Source: Actinomycetota bacterium (GTDB lineage Bacteria; Actinomycetota; Acidimicrobiia; Spongiisociales; UBA4744). Taken from it: DNA of 64,000 bases. Made by a program: the position numbers and the translations under genes. The stretch covers positions 12,793-76,792 of the forward strand of contig JAADGS010000092.1 of assembly GCA_013152275.1 (NCBI GenBank). The letters are read 5' to 3'. A model generated the notes under the pieces. It ran no database searches, had not been told where the DNA came from, and worked only from the letters and a program-made list of their open reading frames with translations. Below are positions 25,243 to 34,698 of the stretch, piece after piece (within the stretch, counting starts at the first letter, position 1; every line of letters begins with the position of its first letter).

Positions 25243-25955
25243 GAGCCGAAGTATGCCGACGCCATCGCATCGACATCCATCTCTTCATTCGGTCCGAGTG
25301 TCATCACGAACCTGCCATTGCGCATCACGTGGGTTCGATCCGCGAACTCGACGGCGAGTTGTGCCCGCTGTTCCACGAGCAGGATGGCGACGCCGCGATC
25401 CCGAACCTCGGCAAGGGCGCCGAAGACGTCTGCGACGACCGAAGGAGCCAGACCGAGCGACGGTTCATCGAGGAGGAGGACACGTGGCCGGCTCAGCAAC
25501 GCTCTCGCGATCACGAGCATCTGCTGCTGACCGCCCGAGAGGACGCCTGCGAGATCTTCCCGGCGTTCGGCCACCACCGGGAACAGCTCTTCGACCCAGG
25601 CCATGTCGTCGGCCAGGGAGTCCGGCGTCGGCCTGCCGAGCGCTCCGAGTCGAAGGTTATCTCGGACCGTGAATTCGGGAAACACGTGGCGACCCTCCGG
25701 CACCAGCGCGATCCCGCGCCGGACGATCTGTTCGGTCGGGACCCCGAGAATGGAATCGCCGTCATAGAACACGTCGCCCCGGTCGGGTTTCACGACGCCG
25801 GTCACTCCGAACAGCAGCGAGGACTTTCCCGCGCCGTTGGGACCGATGAGACCCACGACCTCGCCCGCGCCGATCGACAGCTCGACACCGTCGACCGCTC
25901 GAACGGGTCCGTACCTCACCAGCAGATCGGAGATCTGCAGCAGCGCGTCAGCCAC
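25239..25955 (-). CDS. livF: HAAT ABC transporter ATP-binding protein, LivF-type
   Basis: Walker A GPNGAGKSS, signature LSGGQQQM, Walker B LLLDEP. Probable GTG start at ~25955, overlapping the livG stop. Confidence 0.85.
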   Translation of the reverse strand: MADALLQISDLLVRYGPVRAVDGVELSIGAGEVVGLIGPNGAGKSSLLFGVTGVVKPDRGDVFYDGDSILGVPTEQIVRRGIALVPEGRHVFPEFTVRDNLRLGALGRPTPDSLADDMAWVEELFPVVAERREDLAGVLSGGQQQMLVIARALLSRPRVLLLDEPSLGLAPSVVADVFGALAEVRDRGVAILLVEQRAQLAVEFADRTHVMRNGRFVMTLGPNEEMDVDAMASAYFGS

Positions 25956-26739
25956 CGGCGACTCCCGATGGGATCGTTCCCAGATAGGCGGCCACCACCT
26001 CGGGATGGCGTCTGATCTCGTCCGGACTGCCGACGGCCAGGGTCCGGCCCTCTTCGAGCACATGGATCCGATCGCAGACCTGAACGATGAGGTCGAAATT
26101 GTGCTCGATCAGGAGTACCCCTGCCTCTTGTACTTCTCTGACCGTCCGCACGACCTCTGCGAACGCCGGTATCTCTGCCTCGTCGAGTCCCGCGGCAGGC
26201 TCGTCGAGCAACACGAAACTCGGATGCGTGGCCAGCGCCCGTGCGACACCGAGTTTCTGCTCCTCACCGTGCGGGAGCGCATGGGCCAGCAGCTCTGCCA
26301 CATCCGACAGATCGAGCAGCCGAAGGAGGTTGTCTGCCCGTTTCGCCGCCTGCCCCGGCGTCGCGCCCGCTCCCAGTGCGCTCACCTCGATGTTCTCGCG
26401 TACCGACAGACCCCGAAAGGTCCGGGCGTGTTGAAAGGTCCGAGCGATCCCCATCCTGACCCGGTTGTGGGCCGCGACGGCCGTAATGTCCTCATCGTCG
26501 AGCCGGATTCGACCATCGGTCGGCTGATCGAACCCGGTCAGGATATTCACGAGTGTCGATTTGCCGGCGCCGTTGGGACCGATGAGCCCCACGACCTCGT
26601 TGCGTCCGATGTCCAGGTCGACGTCCGACAGCGCCACCAGCCCCGCGAAGGTCCGGCTGATCGAGACGGCCCGCAGGTTCAATGCGGGCCGTCTCTCATC
26701 AACCGCAGAGGCGGCTGAGGCGATTGCGTTCATGCTCAA
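25948..26739 (-). CDS. livG: HAAT ABC transporter ATP-binding protein, LivG-type
   Basis: Walker A GPNGAGKST, Walker B FVLLDEPAAGL, and the LivG-specific C-terminal extension. Confidence 0.9.
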   Translation of the reverse strand: MSMNAIASAASAVDERRPALNLRAVSISRTFAGLVALSDVDLDIGRNEVVGLIGPNGAGKSTLVNILTGFDQPTDGRIRLDDEDITAVAAHNRVRMGIARTFQHARTFRGLSVRENIEVSALGAGATPGQAAKRADNLLRLLDLSDVAELLAHALPHGEEQKLGVARALATHPSFVLLDEPAAGLDEAEIPAFAEVVRTVREVQEAGVLLIEHNFDLIVQVCDRIHVLEEGRTLAVGSPDEIRRHPEVVAAYLGTIPSGVAGG

Positions 26740-28013
26740 GGAATTGTCGCAGGTGAGGTCGCCGAAAGCACGTCCACGACCGCGTGCTCCCCGTTGGTGA
26801 TGCGGATCACCCGATATGGGCGGCCGAACACCGTGTGGGTGTCTTTCGAGAAGGAGATCGGTCCGGCAACCCCCGGGAAGTTCTTGAGGTTCTCCAGGAA
26901 GCCGGCGAGTGCCTGCCCGTCGGTGCCACCGGTCGCCTCGATCGCCGCGGCTATGGCCTTTGCGGCATCGGCTCCGCCGACGAATCCACCGGTGGTGGGT
27001 TTCGAACCCGCCGCATCCATCCGTGCGATCAGATCGGTCACCTCGGGAGAAGGATCATCACCGAACACGGACGCATACGTCACGTAGTAGAAGTTCGACA
27101 GGTCCTTCGGCACCCAGTACGCACCGTCGCACGCCCAGGAGCAGAGAATGGGCTTGTTGTCGGCCAGACTCCGGTCCGCGGTCACGAATCCGGGCAGATC
27201 GTTGAAACTGGTCGAGATCGCCACGACGTCGGCCTGGGTGTTGGCTACGGACGATGCCACGTTTCCGATGGTCCCGTCACCGTTGGTGAAGTTCTCCTCC
27301 AGAACGATCTCGCCGCCAAGCTCGACGAACCGCTGCTTGAACGCATCGACGACATTCTGGAAGTACACCAGCATGTTGTCGCGAACGATCACGGCCGTCT
27401 TCCATCCCTGACCGATGGCATACTCGGCCATCGCCGCGCCCTCGTCCTGAGCCTCGTTCCCGAAGCTGAATGCGAGATTCCCCGCCTCGCCGAAGCGCTT
27501 GGGTCCCATCTGGTCGGTTCCGATGCACGGCGCCACGGTCAGCAGACCGGCCTCGAGACCGACCTGGATCGCCGGAGTGGCGATGTCGACGTCGCACGTC
27601 ACCCAGATCACGCTGGCGCCGTCCGCCACATCTCCTGTCGCGGCCGCCTTGTACTGCTCTGCCACGGCCTGAGTATCCGTTTGGACGAACTTGAACTGGC
27701 GGCCATCCACGCCACCCGCCGCATTCGTGTCATCGAAGATCAGCTTGCCCGCCAGGGCGGCCGGTGCATCGAACGGAGCCATGAAGCTCGTGAGGTCGAT
27801 GGCGGCGCCGACCATGATCGGCTTTGCGGGAACGGTGGTCGTCGTAGCCTCCGTCGTGGCCGTCGTGGCCGTTGTCGTGGCCGTCGTGGCCGCTGTCGTG
27901 GCCGTCGTGGCCGCTGTCGTGGCGGTCGTGGTGGCTGTCGATCCGCCACTGCACGCAGCCGCCAACAACGCCATCGCCACCACCATGATTCCGATCAAAC
28001 TCCGCATGCGCAT
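26736..28013 (-). CDS. HAAT-family ABC substrate-binding lipoprotein (LivJ/LivK-like; amino acid/amide specificity unknown) with long Thr/Ala linker
   Basis: Lipobox LLAAACSG, then TATTTATTAATTATTAATTATTTATTATTEATTTT, then a periplasmic_binding type I fold. It is the first gene of operon 1. Confidence 0.85.
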   Translation of the reverse strand: MRMRSLIGIMVVAMALLAAACSGGSTATTTATTAATTATTAATTATTTATTATTEATTTTVPAKPIMVGAAIDLTSFMAPFDAPAALAGKLIFDDTNAAGGVDGRQFKFVQTDTQAVAEQYKAAATGDVADGASVIWVTCDVDIATPAIQVGLEAGLLTVAPCIGTDQMGPKRFGEAGNLAFSFGNEAQDEGAAMAEYAIGQGWKTAVIVRDNMLVYFQNVVDAFKQRFVELGGEIVLEENFTNGDGTIGNVASSVANTQADVVAISTSFNDLPGFVTADRSLADNKPILCSWACDGAYWVPKDLSNFYYVTYASVFGDDPSPEVTDLIARMDAAGSKPTTGGFVGGADAAKAIAAAIEATGGTDGQALAGFLENLKNFPGVAGPISFSKDTHTVFGRPYRVIRITNGEHAVVDVLSATSPATIP

Positions 28014-28217
28014 TTGGCCTGCCTCCTCTCCGATGACCACGTCGGCCGGCCGTCCGGATGACTACTGGCCGAGTGGACTGTATCACAGGAATGATAACAT
28101 TTCATCAAATATCAAACATAGTCCCAACTCGAGCGGGCTCAAATGGCCTCCCGGCGATGTGACCGGACCGTCGGCGGGCGGTCGCGATCCCGGAGGGCAC
28201 TCCGACACCGCAGCCCC

Positions 28218-29363
28218 TCAGGCGAGCAGATCGCGATTGCGGCGCAGCGCATCGAGAAGACGGGCCACGTCCTCCTGCGAGTTGTAGCCATGACACGACA
28301 CTCTCAGGTTGCCGTCCCGGGACGAGGTCACGATCCCCTCGGATCCCAGCCGGTCGACGAGCACGTCCACGTCCGCCGCCGCAATCGCGACCATCGGGCC
28401 TCTCGGCTTCGCCGAGCTCGGTGTGACGACGCGCGCCGCCATCTCCTCGACCCCGGCGATCAGCGCACTCGTCAATCCGGCGATATGCCGTTCGATGGTG
28501 GCCACGCCCACGTCGCGAATCATCTCGATGCCGGCCAGCCCCGCGTAGATCGCGGGAATCGGCGGCGTGCCGGTCTGGAAACGGCGAGCCGTCGTCGACG
28601 GGCTGTAGTCGCCGACATCCATGGCGAACACGTCCTCGTCGGCGAACCATCCGGTCGCCGTCGGAACGATCTCCTCGATGAGATCGCTGCGGCAGTAGAG
28701 GAAACCCAGACCCGCCGACCCGAGCAGGTACTTGAGCGCTCCCGTGACGAGGAAATCGACACCCAGGCGTTTCACGTCGATGTCCACGGCCCCGATGGCC
28801 TGATAGGAATCGAGCAGGACCGGCGCACCGGCTGCACGTGCGAGCGCGACGATGCCTTCGACGTCGCTCCTCGCCCCATTCCGGTAGCAGACGTGCGTCA
28901 CGGCGACCAAGGCGGTCCGTTCGTCGATCACTCCGGCGAACGACTCCGGCCGGAGCACGCCGTCCTCCGCCGGGACGTGGACCACCTCGAGCCCGCGTCG
29001 TTCCTGCGCATGCATGATCTGACCGATCGTGGGGAACTCGAGATCCGTGGTGACGATGCGATTCCGTGCCGGATCGAGAGGGAAGCCGCCGATCAGGCTG
29101 CTCACCCCGGCCGACACCGACGTGGTCACCGCGATCTCGTCGGAGGTCGCTCCGATGAGTCGTGAGAACGCCGTTCGCACCGCCTCTTCCTGCTCGATCC
29201 AGTACTCCCAGGGAGATCCCTTCTCGTCCCAGTCCTGAAGAAACCGACGATACGCCTGTGCGGCGGCATCAGACTGGGCTCCTTGCGAGCACGAGTTGAA
29301 ATACGTCTTGCGCGCCAGGATCGGAAACCGGGAACGCCATTCTGTCAACATCGGGTCGGACAT
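28218..29363 (-). CDS. Class V PLP-dependent aminotransferase / cysteine-desulfurase-like enzyme (paralogous in type to 21973..23172)
   Basis: Aminotran_5 motifs (TGALKYLLGSAGLGFLY region; SCHGYN C-terminus). Start MSDPMLTEW. It lies downstream of the second liv operon. Confidence 0.75.
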   Translation of the reverse strand: MSDPMLTEWRSRFPILARKTYFNSCSQGAQSDAAAQAYRRFLQDWDEKGSPWEYWIEQEEAVRTAFSRLIGATSDEIAVTTSVSAGVSSLIGGFPLDPARNRIVTTDLEFPTIGQIMHAQERRGLEVVHVPAEDGVLRPESFAGVIDERTALVAVTHVCYRNGARSDVEGIVALARAAGAPVLLDSYQAIGAVDIDVKRLGVDFLVTGALKYLLGSAGLGFLYCRSDLIEEIVPTATGWFADEDVFAMDVGDYSPSTTARRFQTGTPPIPAIYAGLAGIEMIRDVGVATIERHIAGLTSALIAGVEEMAARVVTPSSAKPRGPMVAIAAADVDVLVDRLGSEGIVTSSRDGNLRVSCHGYNSQEDVARLLDALRRNRDLLA

Positions 29364-29382
29364 CGCCCTTACTCCTTTGGCT

Positions 29383-30102
29383 TCATGCTCCGAGATACGC
29401 CTTCCGAAGCTCTTCATTGTCGAGGAGTTCGTCAGCCCTCCCCTGCAGTACGATGCTGCCCGTCGACAGCACATAACCTCGATCGGCGATCGAGAGTGCG
29501 ATGTTCGCGTTCTGCTCGACGACGAGTATGCCGACGCCGGATCGGTGCACCTCGTCGATCAACCGAAAGCTCTGCTCCACGAGCACCGGGGCCAACCCCA
29601 TCGACGGCTCATCCATCAACAGGAGCCGCGGGCGTGACATGAGGGCGCGACCCATCGCCAACATCTGTTGTTCGCCGCCCGACAGCGTCCCGGCGAGCTG
29701 CGAGCTGCGCTCGCGCAGCAGGGGGAACAACGCATACACCCTCTCCAGGTCCTCGCTGTGATCACCCCGCCGCAGATACGCCCCCATTTCGAGGTTCTCC
29801 AAGACGGTCATCGGCCCGAACACCCGCCGGTTCTCGGGCACGATCGCCATCCCGAGTTCGATGCGTCGACTCGTCGTCCACCGTGTCACATCACGGTTCT
29901 CGAAGCGCACGCTTCCCTTTCGGGCCGGGACCAGTCCGAGAATCGTCTTCAACGTCGTCGACTTGCCCGAGGCGTTTCCTCCCAGGAGGCACACGAGCTC
30001 GCCCGCCCCGACCCGCAGCGACACGCTCTGAAGGATATGGATCTCGCCGTAGTAGGTGTCGATCCCCTCCAATTCGAGAAGTGGCTCTTCACTCATCCGC
30101 AT
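29383..30102 (-). CDS. livF: HAAT ABC transporter ATP-binding protein, LivF-type (operon 2)
   Basis: Walker A GGNASGKST, signature LSGGEQQML, Walker B LLLMDEPS. Confidence 0.85.
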   Translation of the reverse strand: MRMSEEPLLELEGIDTYYGEIHILQSVSLRVGAGELVCLLGGNASGKSTTLKTILGLVPARKGSVRFENRDVTRWTTSRRIELGMAIVPENRRVFGPMTVLENLEMGAYLRRGDHSEDLERVYALFPLLRERSSQLAGTLSGGEQQMLAMGRALMSRPRLLLMDEPSMGLAPVLVEQSFRLIDEVHRSGVGILVVEQNANIALSIADRGYVLSTGSIVLQGRADELLDNEELRKAYLGA

Positions 30103-30880
30103 CCAAGCCCTTGCGGCCGAGGTAGGCCTCGATCACCCGTGGGTCGCCGGCCACCTCGAGAAATGTCCCCTCGACGAGCTTCTCACCATGATCGAGCGCG
30201 GCCACCCGGTCCGAGATCCCCTCGACCACATGCATGTCATGTTCGATGACCAGAATCGCGTGGCCACCTTCATCACGAAGCCGGCCGATGAGGTCGGTCA
30301 TCTCATTGGTCTCCGCGGGATTCATGCCCGCCGCCGGCTCGTCGAGAAGGATCAGCTTCGGCTCGGTCATGAGCGCTCGGGCGATCTCGAGACGCCGCCG
30401 GTTCGCATACGAGAGGCTGTACGCGGGCTGCTCAAAGCGATAGCCGATCAGACGAGACCCGAAGAATGCCAGCTTCCGCTCGGCCTGTTCCCTGATCTCC
30501 TTCTCCTCCCTGCGGGCACCCGGCGTGCCCAGGGCGCTCGCCCACCATGGCGAACGGGTTCTCCCGAACGCACCCACCATCACGTTGTCCCTCACCGAGA
30601 TGTTGAGAAACACGCGAAGCGACTGGAAGGTTCGGGCGATGCCGGCATCGGCAATCACATGCGGCTCGAGCCCGACGATGCTCTCCCCGTCGAGAAGGAT
30701 CTCGCCTTCATCCGGGCGGTACACGCCGGTGATGAGGTTGAACATCGTCGTCTTGCCCGCGCCGTTCGGCCCGATGACGCTGACGATCTCGCCCGGCATG
30801 ACCATGAGATCGAGATGCTTGATCGCGGCCAGTCCGCCAAACCCCTTCGAGACATCCCGGAGCTCGAGCATCGGACCCAT
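30089..30880 (-). CDS. livG: HAAT ABC transporter ATP-binding protein, LivG-type (operon 2)
   Basis: Start MGPMLELRDVSKGF overlaps the livM stop (TGATG). Walker A GPNGAGKTT, Walker B LILLDEPAAGM. The longer ORF to 31213 is antisense. Confidence 0.85.
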   Translation of the reverse strand: MGPMLELRDVSKGFGGLAAIKHLDLMVMPGEIVSVIGPNGAGKTTMFNLITGVYRPDEGEILLDGESIVGLEPHVIADAGIARTFQSLRVFLNISVRDNVMVGAFGRTRSPWWASALGTPGARREEKEIREQAERKLAFFGSRLIGYRFEQPAYSLSYANRRRLEIARALMTEPKLILLDEPAAGMNPAETNEMTDLIGRLRDEGGHAILVIEHDMHVVEGISDRVAALDHGEKLVEGTFLEVAGDPRVIEAYLGRKGLDADE

Positions 30881-32319
30881 CAGACGATCTCCACGCGCGG
30901 TTTTCCCAGGAGTCCTTGCGGCCTGATCGCCATCATGACGACGAGCAGGACCCCGAAGATCAGCTGGCGTGTGATGCTCGGCTCGGTGACGAGCCGGTTC
31001 TCCCACACGAACACGGCGAGATACACCACGGGGATCAAGAGCGCCGTTCGCCACGGTTCGATCGCGATCACCGCGGTGAGCACCAGGATCACGAGGAGCA
31101 CGAACGCCAGATTCGCCACCCAGAGTTTCGTCGGTGCCAGCTGCACCAGCCACCGACCGAAGAGACGGCCGATCCCGCTTCCGTCCTGTGGGCCCGCGAT
31201 GACCTCGGGCCACCAGGTCGCCGTCATGAGGCGCACGCCGAGGCCGAGGGCCAACGTCCCCACTCCGACCACCACCAGTCGCCGGCGTGGACGCAGCCAG
31301 ATGAGGCCGCCTGCCAGCAGCGCCCCGTAGAAGAGCACCCTCCCACCGCCCGGGATCCGCAGGATCTCGGGGATCGCGCCGATGACCACGGCGCCAAACA
31401 CCGCGCCGGCGATACTTCCCGACCCGCCGAGTATCAATGCCGCGTAGACGACGATCAGCAACGTGACCGTGAAGTTCTGGGGGAACACGCCGGTCTGCAC
31501 CGCGGCGAAGACCGTTCCTGTCAGCCCCGCCACGGCGGCGCCGATCGCGTACGCCATGACCTTCATCCGTGCGACCGGCACCGTCATGTGCTCTGCCGCC
31601 AGAGGATCCTCACGTATGGCCATCCACGCGCGCCCGGTGCGGCTGTGTTCGAGACGGACGAGGCCCGAGATCATCACGATGATCAGGCCGAGGAGAAGAT
31701 AGTAATAGTCGCTCACACGTTGAAAATGGAGTCCCAGAATGCTCATCGGATCGACACCGGCGATACCGTTCGGTCCGCCGGTGATCGACAGTGTTCGGTC
31801 GATGAAGGGAAGCCGCAGCCGATCGAGGTTGAGGGTCAGCTCGACGAACACCTGCAGGAAGAACAGCGTCAAGATGGCGAGATAGTCGCCGGAGAGCCGC
31901 CGCGTCGGAAGACCGAGAAGATACCCGATGACGCCCATGGCGATCACCACGATCCCGATCACCGCCAACGTCGGCAGATGAATACCAAACTGGTCCGAGG
32001 CAAGAAAGGCGTATCCGTACGCACCCATCCCGTAGTACGCGACATACCCCAGATCGAGCAATCCGGTCCACCCGACGACGATGTTGAGGCCCAGGGCCAG
32101 CAGCATCAACAACAAGACGTTGACACCGACCCGCACGAGGAACTCGGACCGGAGCAGCAAGGGATATGCCACGGCGACGGCCCCGACCACCAGGGGAACC
32201 CACCGACGACCCGAGCCGCCGATGCGCCGGCGGAAGAGACCGAGACCTCCGGAATCCTCGTCGCGCCGGGCCTCGACCGAGTCCACCCACTCGTCGCGGC
32301 CTATGCCCGGCATGATCAC
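30880..32319 (-). CDS. livM: HAAT ABC transporter permease, LivM-type, with N-terminal extension (operon 2)
   Basis: 479 aa polytopic protein. The N-terminal ~100 aa is an extra hydrophilic-plus-TM region, as often seen in LivM. Confidence 0.85.
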   Translation of the reverse strand: MIMPGIGRDEWVDSVEARRDEDSGGLGLFRRRIGGSGRRWVPLVVGAVAVAYPLLLRSEFLVRVGVNVLLLMLLALGLNIVVGWTGLLDLGYVAYYGMGAYGYAFLASDQFGIHLPTLAVIGIVVIAMGVIGYLLGLPTRRLSGDYLAILTLFFLQVFVELTLNLDRLRLPFIDRTLSITGGPNGIAGVDPMSILGLHFQRVSDYYYLLLGLIIVMISGLVRLEHSRTGRAWMAIREDPLAAEHMTVPVARMKVMAYAIGAAVAGLTGTVFAAVQTGVFPQNFTVTLLIVVYAALILGGSGSIAGAVFGAVVIGAIPEILRIPGGGRVLFYGALLAGGLIWLRPRRRLVVVGVGTLALGLGVRLMTATWWPEVIAGPQDGSGIGRLFGRWLVQLAPTKLWVANLAFVLLVILVLTAVIAIEPWRTALLIPVVYLAVFVWENRLVTEPSITRQLIFGVLLVVMMAIRPQGLLGKPRVEIV

Positions 32320-33233
32320 ACCTTCACGATCTCGGATCGGCCGAAGAACCCGACCGGTCGCACCAGAAGGAAGATGATCAGGAGACCGAATACGATGAGG
32401 TTCTGGAACGTCGAGGAGATGTACCCGGCGGTGAACGACTCCGCCATCCCGATCAGGAGACCCCCCAACATCGCTCCGGGGATCGACCCGATTCCACCGA
32501 TCACCGCGGCGGTGAATCCCTTGAGGCCGGCCACGAAGCCCATGAAGTGGAACACCCGGTTGTACACCAGTCCCATCATGACGCCCGCGGCACCCGCAAG
32601 GGCCGAACCGATGAGGAACGTCGCCACGACGACCCGATCGACGTCGACCCCCATCATGGCGGCGGCCTCCATGTCGAACGACGTCGCACGCATCGCCCGT
32701 CCAAGTCGCGTTCTGTTGACGAGAAGCTGCAGTGCCACCATCAGCACGACGGCCGAGACGATCACAATGATGCGAACGAGCGACACGTGCACGGGTCCGA
32801 TCTGGATCCCGGTCCTCACATCGATCATCGACGGAGTGTTGTAGGAGCGGAACTGCGCCCCGAAGAGCAGCAGGGCGACGCTTTCGAGGAAGAACGACAC
32901 GCCGATGGCGCTGATCAGTGGAGCGATGCGCGGAGCCCGGCGCAGCGGTCGATAGGCGAACCGCTCGATGGCCACGCCGAGAACTCCTGCAAAGACCATC
33001 GCCACCACGAACATGAAGATGACCAGCAACACGACCGGAATGGTGGGAGCCTTCGGGCCACCGAACGTGATCAGCACGCCGTAGCCGGCAAAGGCCCCCA
33101 TCATGTAGATGTCACCGTGTGCGAAGTTCAACAACTTCAGGATGCCGTAGACCATGGAGTACCCCAGGGCGATCAGCGCATACACACTGCCCAACGTCAA
33201 GCCGTTGACGAAGAGCACCAAGAAGAACTCCAT
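32316..33233 (-). CDS. livH: HAAT ABC transporter permease, LivH-type (operon 2)
   Basis: N-terminus LTLGSVYALIALGYSMVYGILKLLNFAHGDIYMMGAF. Confidence 0.9.
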   Translation of the reverse strand: MEFFLVLFVNGLTLGSVYALIALGYSMVYGILKLLNFAHGDIYMMGAFAGYGVLITFGGPKAPTIPVVLLVIFMFVVAMVFAGVLGVAIERFAYRPLRRAPRIAPLISAIGVSFFLESVALLLFGAQFRSYNTPSMIDVRTGIQIGPVHVSLVRIIVIVSAVVLMVALQLLVNRTRLGRAMRATSFDMEAAAMMGVDVDRVVVATFLIGSALAGAAGVMMGLVYNRVFHFMGFVAGLKGFTAAVIGGIGSIPGAMLGGLLIGMAESFTAGYISSTFQNLIVFGLLIIFLLVRPVGFFGRSEIVKV

Positions 33234-33247
33234 GGTCTTGGCGTCGT

Positions 33248-34462
33248 TCAGCCGGCAACCAGGGTGTACGCCCCACCCTTGATCTGGAAGATGAAGAACT
33301 TCGCTCCCTCGAGATCACCGTTGCTCGTGAACTTGATGGGCTGTCCGAGAATCGACGTAGACAGGTCGGTCGCGCCGATCGCGGCAACCACCGCTCCTCG
33401 ACTCAACGCGGTCCCGGAATCGCACACGCTCTTCATCGCGGTCATGACGACATTGGCGGCAGCGAAGGTGGGGGGACCGAACGTCCCGAACTCGCCGTAC
33501 TGCTTCCCATAGTCGTCGACCAGTGCTGCATCGGCCGAGATGTTCTTGATATCTGGAGCGAACGCCGAGACGTATGCCCCTTCGATCGTGAAGTCCTGCG
33601 GAGAGAACAACCCGTCCGATCCGAAGATGATCGCCTTCTTCCCTTGGGCTTGCATCTGCTGGCCGAAGAGTTCCGCATTCGCCGCAATCTGCCAGGGAAG
33701 GAACACAACATCCGTGTCGGCCGAGATCTTCGCCACGAGAGACGAGTAGTCGGTCTGGTCCCGACTCACCGAGTCGCGGGCGACGGTCACGTTCGCGGCA
33801 TCGAGGGCCGCTGCAACCGCATCCGCGAGGCCGGTGGAGTACGAAGTCTGATCGTCGATGATGAAGACCTTCTTCGCTCCGAGCTGCGACATCATGAAGT
33901 TGGCATCCGTCGGCCCCTGAACGTCGTCACGCGGAACCACCCTGAAGAATGTGGGATAGGTGCCGTCGGTCAGGTCCGTCCTCGTCGCCGACATCGATAC
34001 GAAGGCGAGATCGGCCTTTGTGAACAGGGGTCCGATCGCCTGCACGCTCTGGCTGCCGGCCGGTCCGACCACTCCCATGACATCCGCCGACGAGACGAAC
34101 TGCTGGGCCACCGTCGAGGCCTGGGCCGGATCCAACTGTGTGTCACCCTCGACGATCTCGAACTCCGTGCCGTTGGCGGTATTGAACCGGTCCACTGCGA
34201 ACTTCGCCCAGTTCAGCTGCTCGACCCCGATCGAAGCCGCAGGCCCGGTGATCGGCGCCATCACACCTATCTTGGCGACACATGCCGTGGCCATCGTCGT
34301 TGTCGTCCCTGCGGTCGTCACGGTGGATGCGGGGGCCGCCGTCGTCGTGGGGGCCGCCGTCGTCGTGGTCGTCGCCGTCGTCGTGGTCGTCGTGCCGCCT
34401 GTGCTACAGGCCGCTGCAACGAGCGCGAGCACAGCGATGAATCCGAGTATCCGTTTGTTCAT
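33248..34462 (-). CDS. HAAT-family ABC substrate-binding lipoprotein (operon 2) with Thr-rich linker
   Basis: Start MNKRILGFIAVLALVAAACS (lipobox), then a linker TGGTTTTTTATTTTTAAPTTTAAPASTVTTAGTTTT, then a Peripla_BP_6-like domain. Confidence 0.85.
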   Translation of the reverse strand: MNKRILGFIAVLALVAAACSTGGTTTTTTATTTTTAAPTTTAAPASTVTTAGTTTTMATACVAKIGVMAPITGPAASIGVEQLNWAKFAVDRFNTANGTEFEIVEGDTQLDPAQASTVAQQFVSSADVMGVVGPAGSQSVQAIGPLFTKADLAFVSMSATRTDLTDGTYPTFFRVVPRDDVQGPTDANFMMSQLGAKKVFIIDDQTSYSTGLADAVAAALDAANVTVARDSVSRDQTDYSSLVAKISADTDVVFLPWQIAANAELFGQQMQAQGKKAIIFGSDGLFSPQDFTIEGAYVSAFAPDIKNISADAALVDDYGKQYGEFGTFGPPTFAAANVVMTAMKSVCDSGTALSRGAVVAAIGATDLSTSILGQPIKFTSNGDLEGAKFFIFQIKGGAYTLVAG

Positions 34463-34698
34463 GCCCAACCTCTCCTTCCGTACTCCTGACGCACCATTCG
34501 ATGCGCCGCATCCGTGGATCGCCGATTCGATGGATGGAGCACATCCGTGGTGATCCGCGCCGGCAACCAGGTACCGAATTACGCGGACCAAGTTTGAGCA
34601 AGTATCATAGTATCATATCGTTCTTACGACCGAGGGCAGAACGACCGAGGACAGAAGGGCAGGGCAGCATCGTGTCGGTACCGTTTCGAGTAGGAGTG

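Noticed and set aside
23348-25288. 646-aa ORF
   Set aside because: Only the last ~338 aa form the LivM permease. The upstream two-thirds are antisense or out of frame to livH, are Arg-rich, and have no homology. The real start overlaps the livH stop at 24364.
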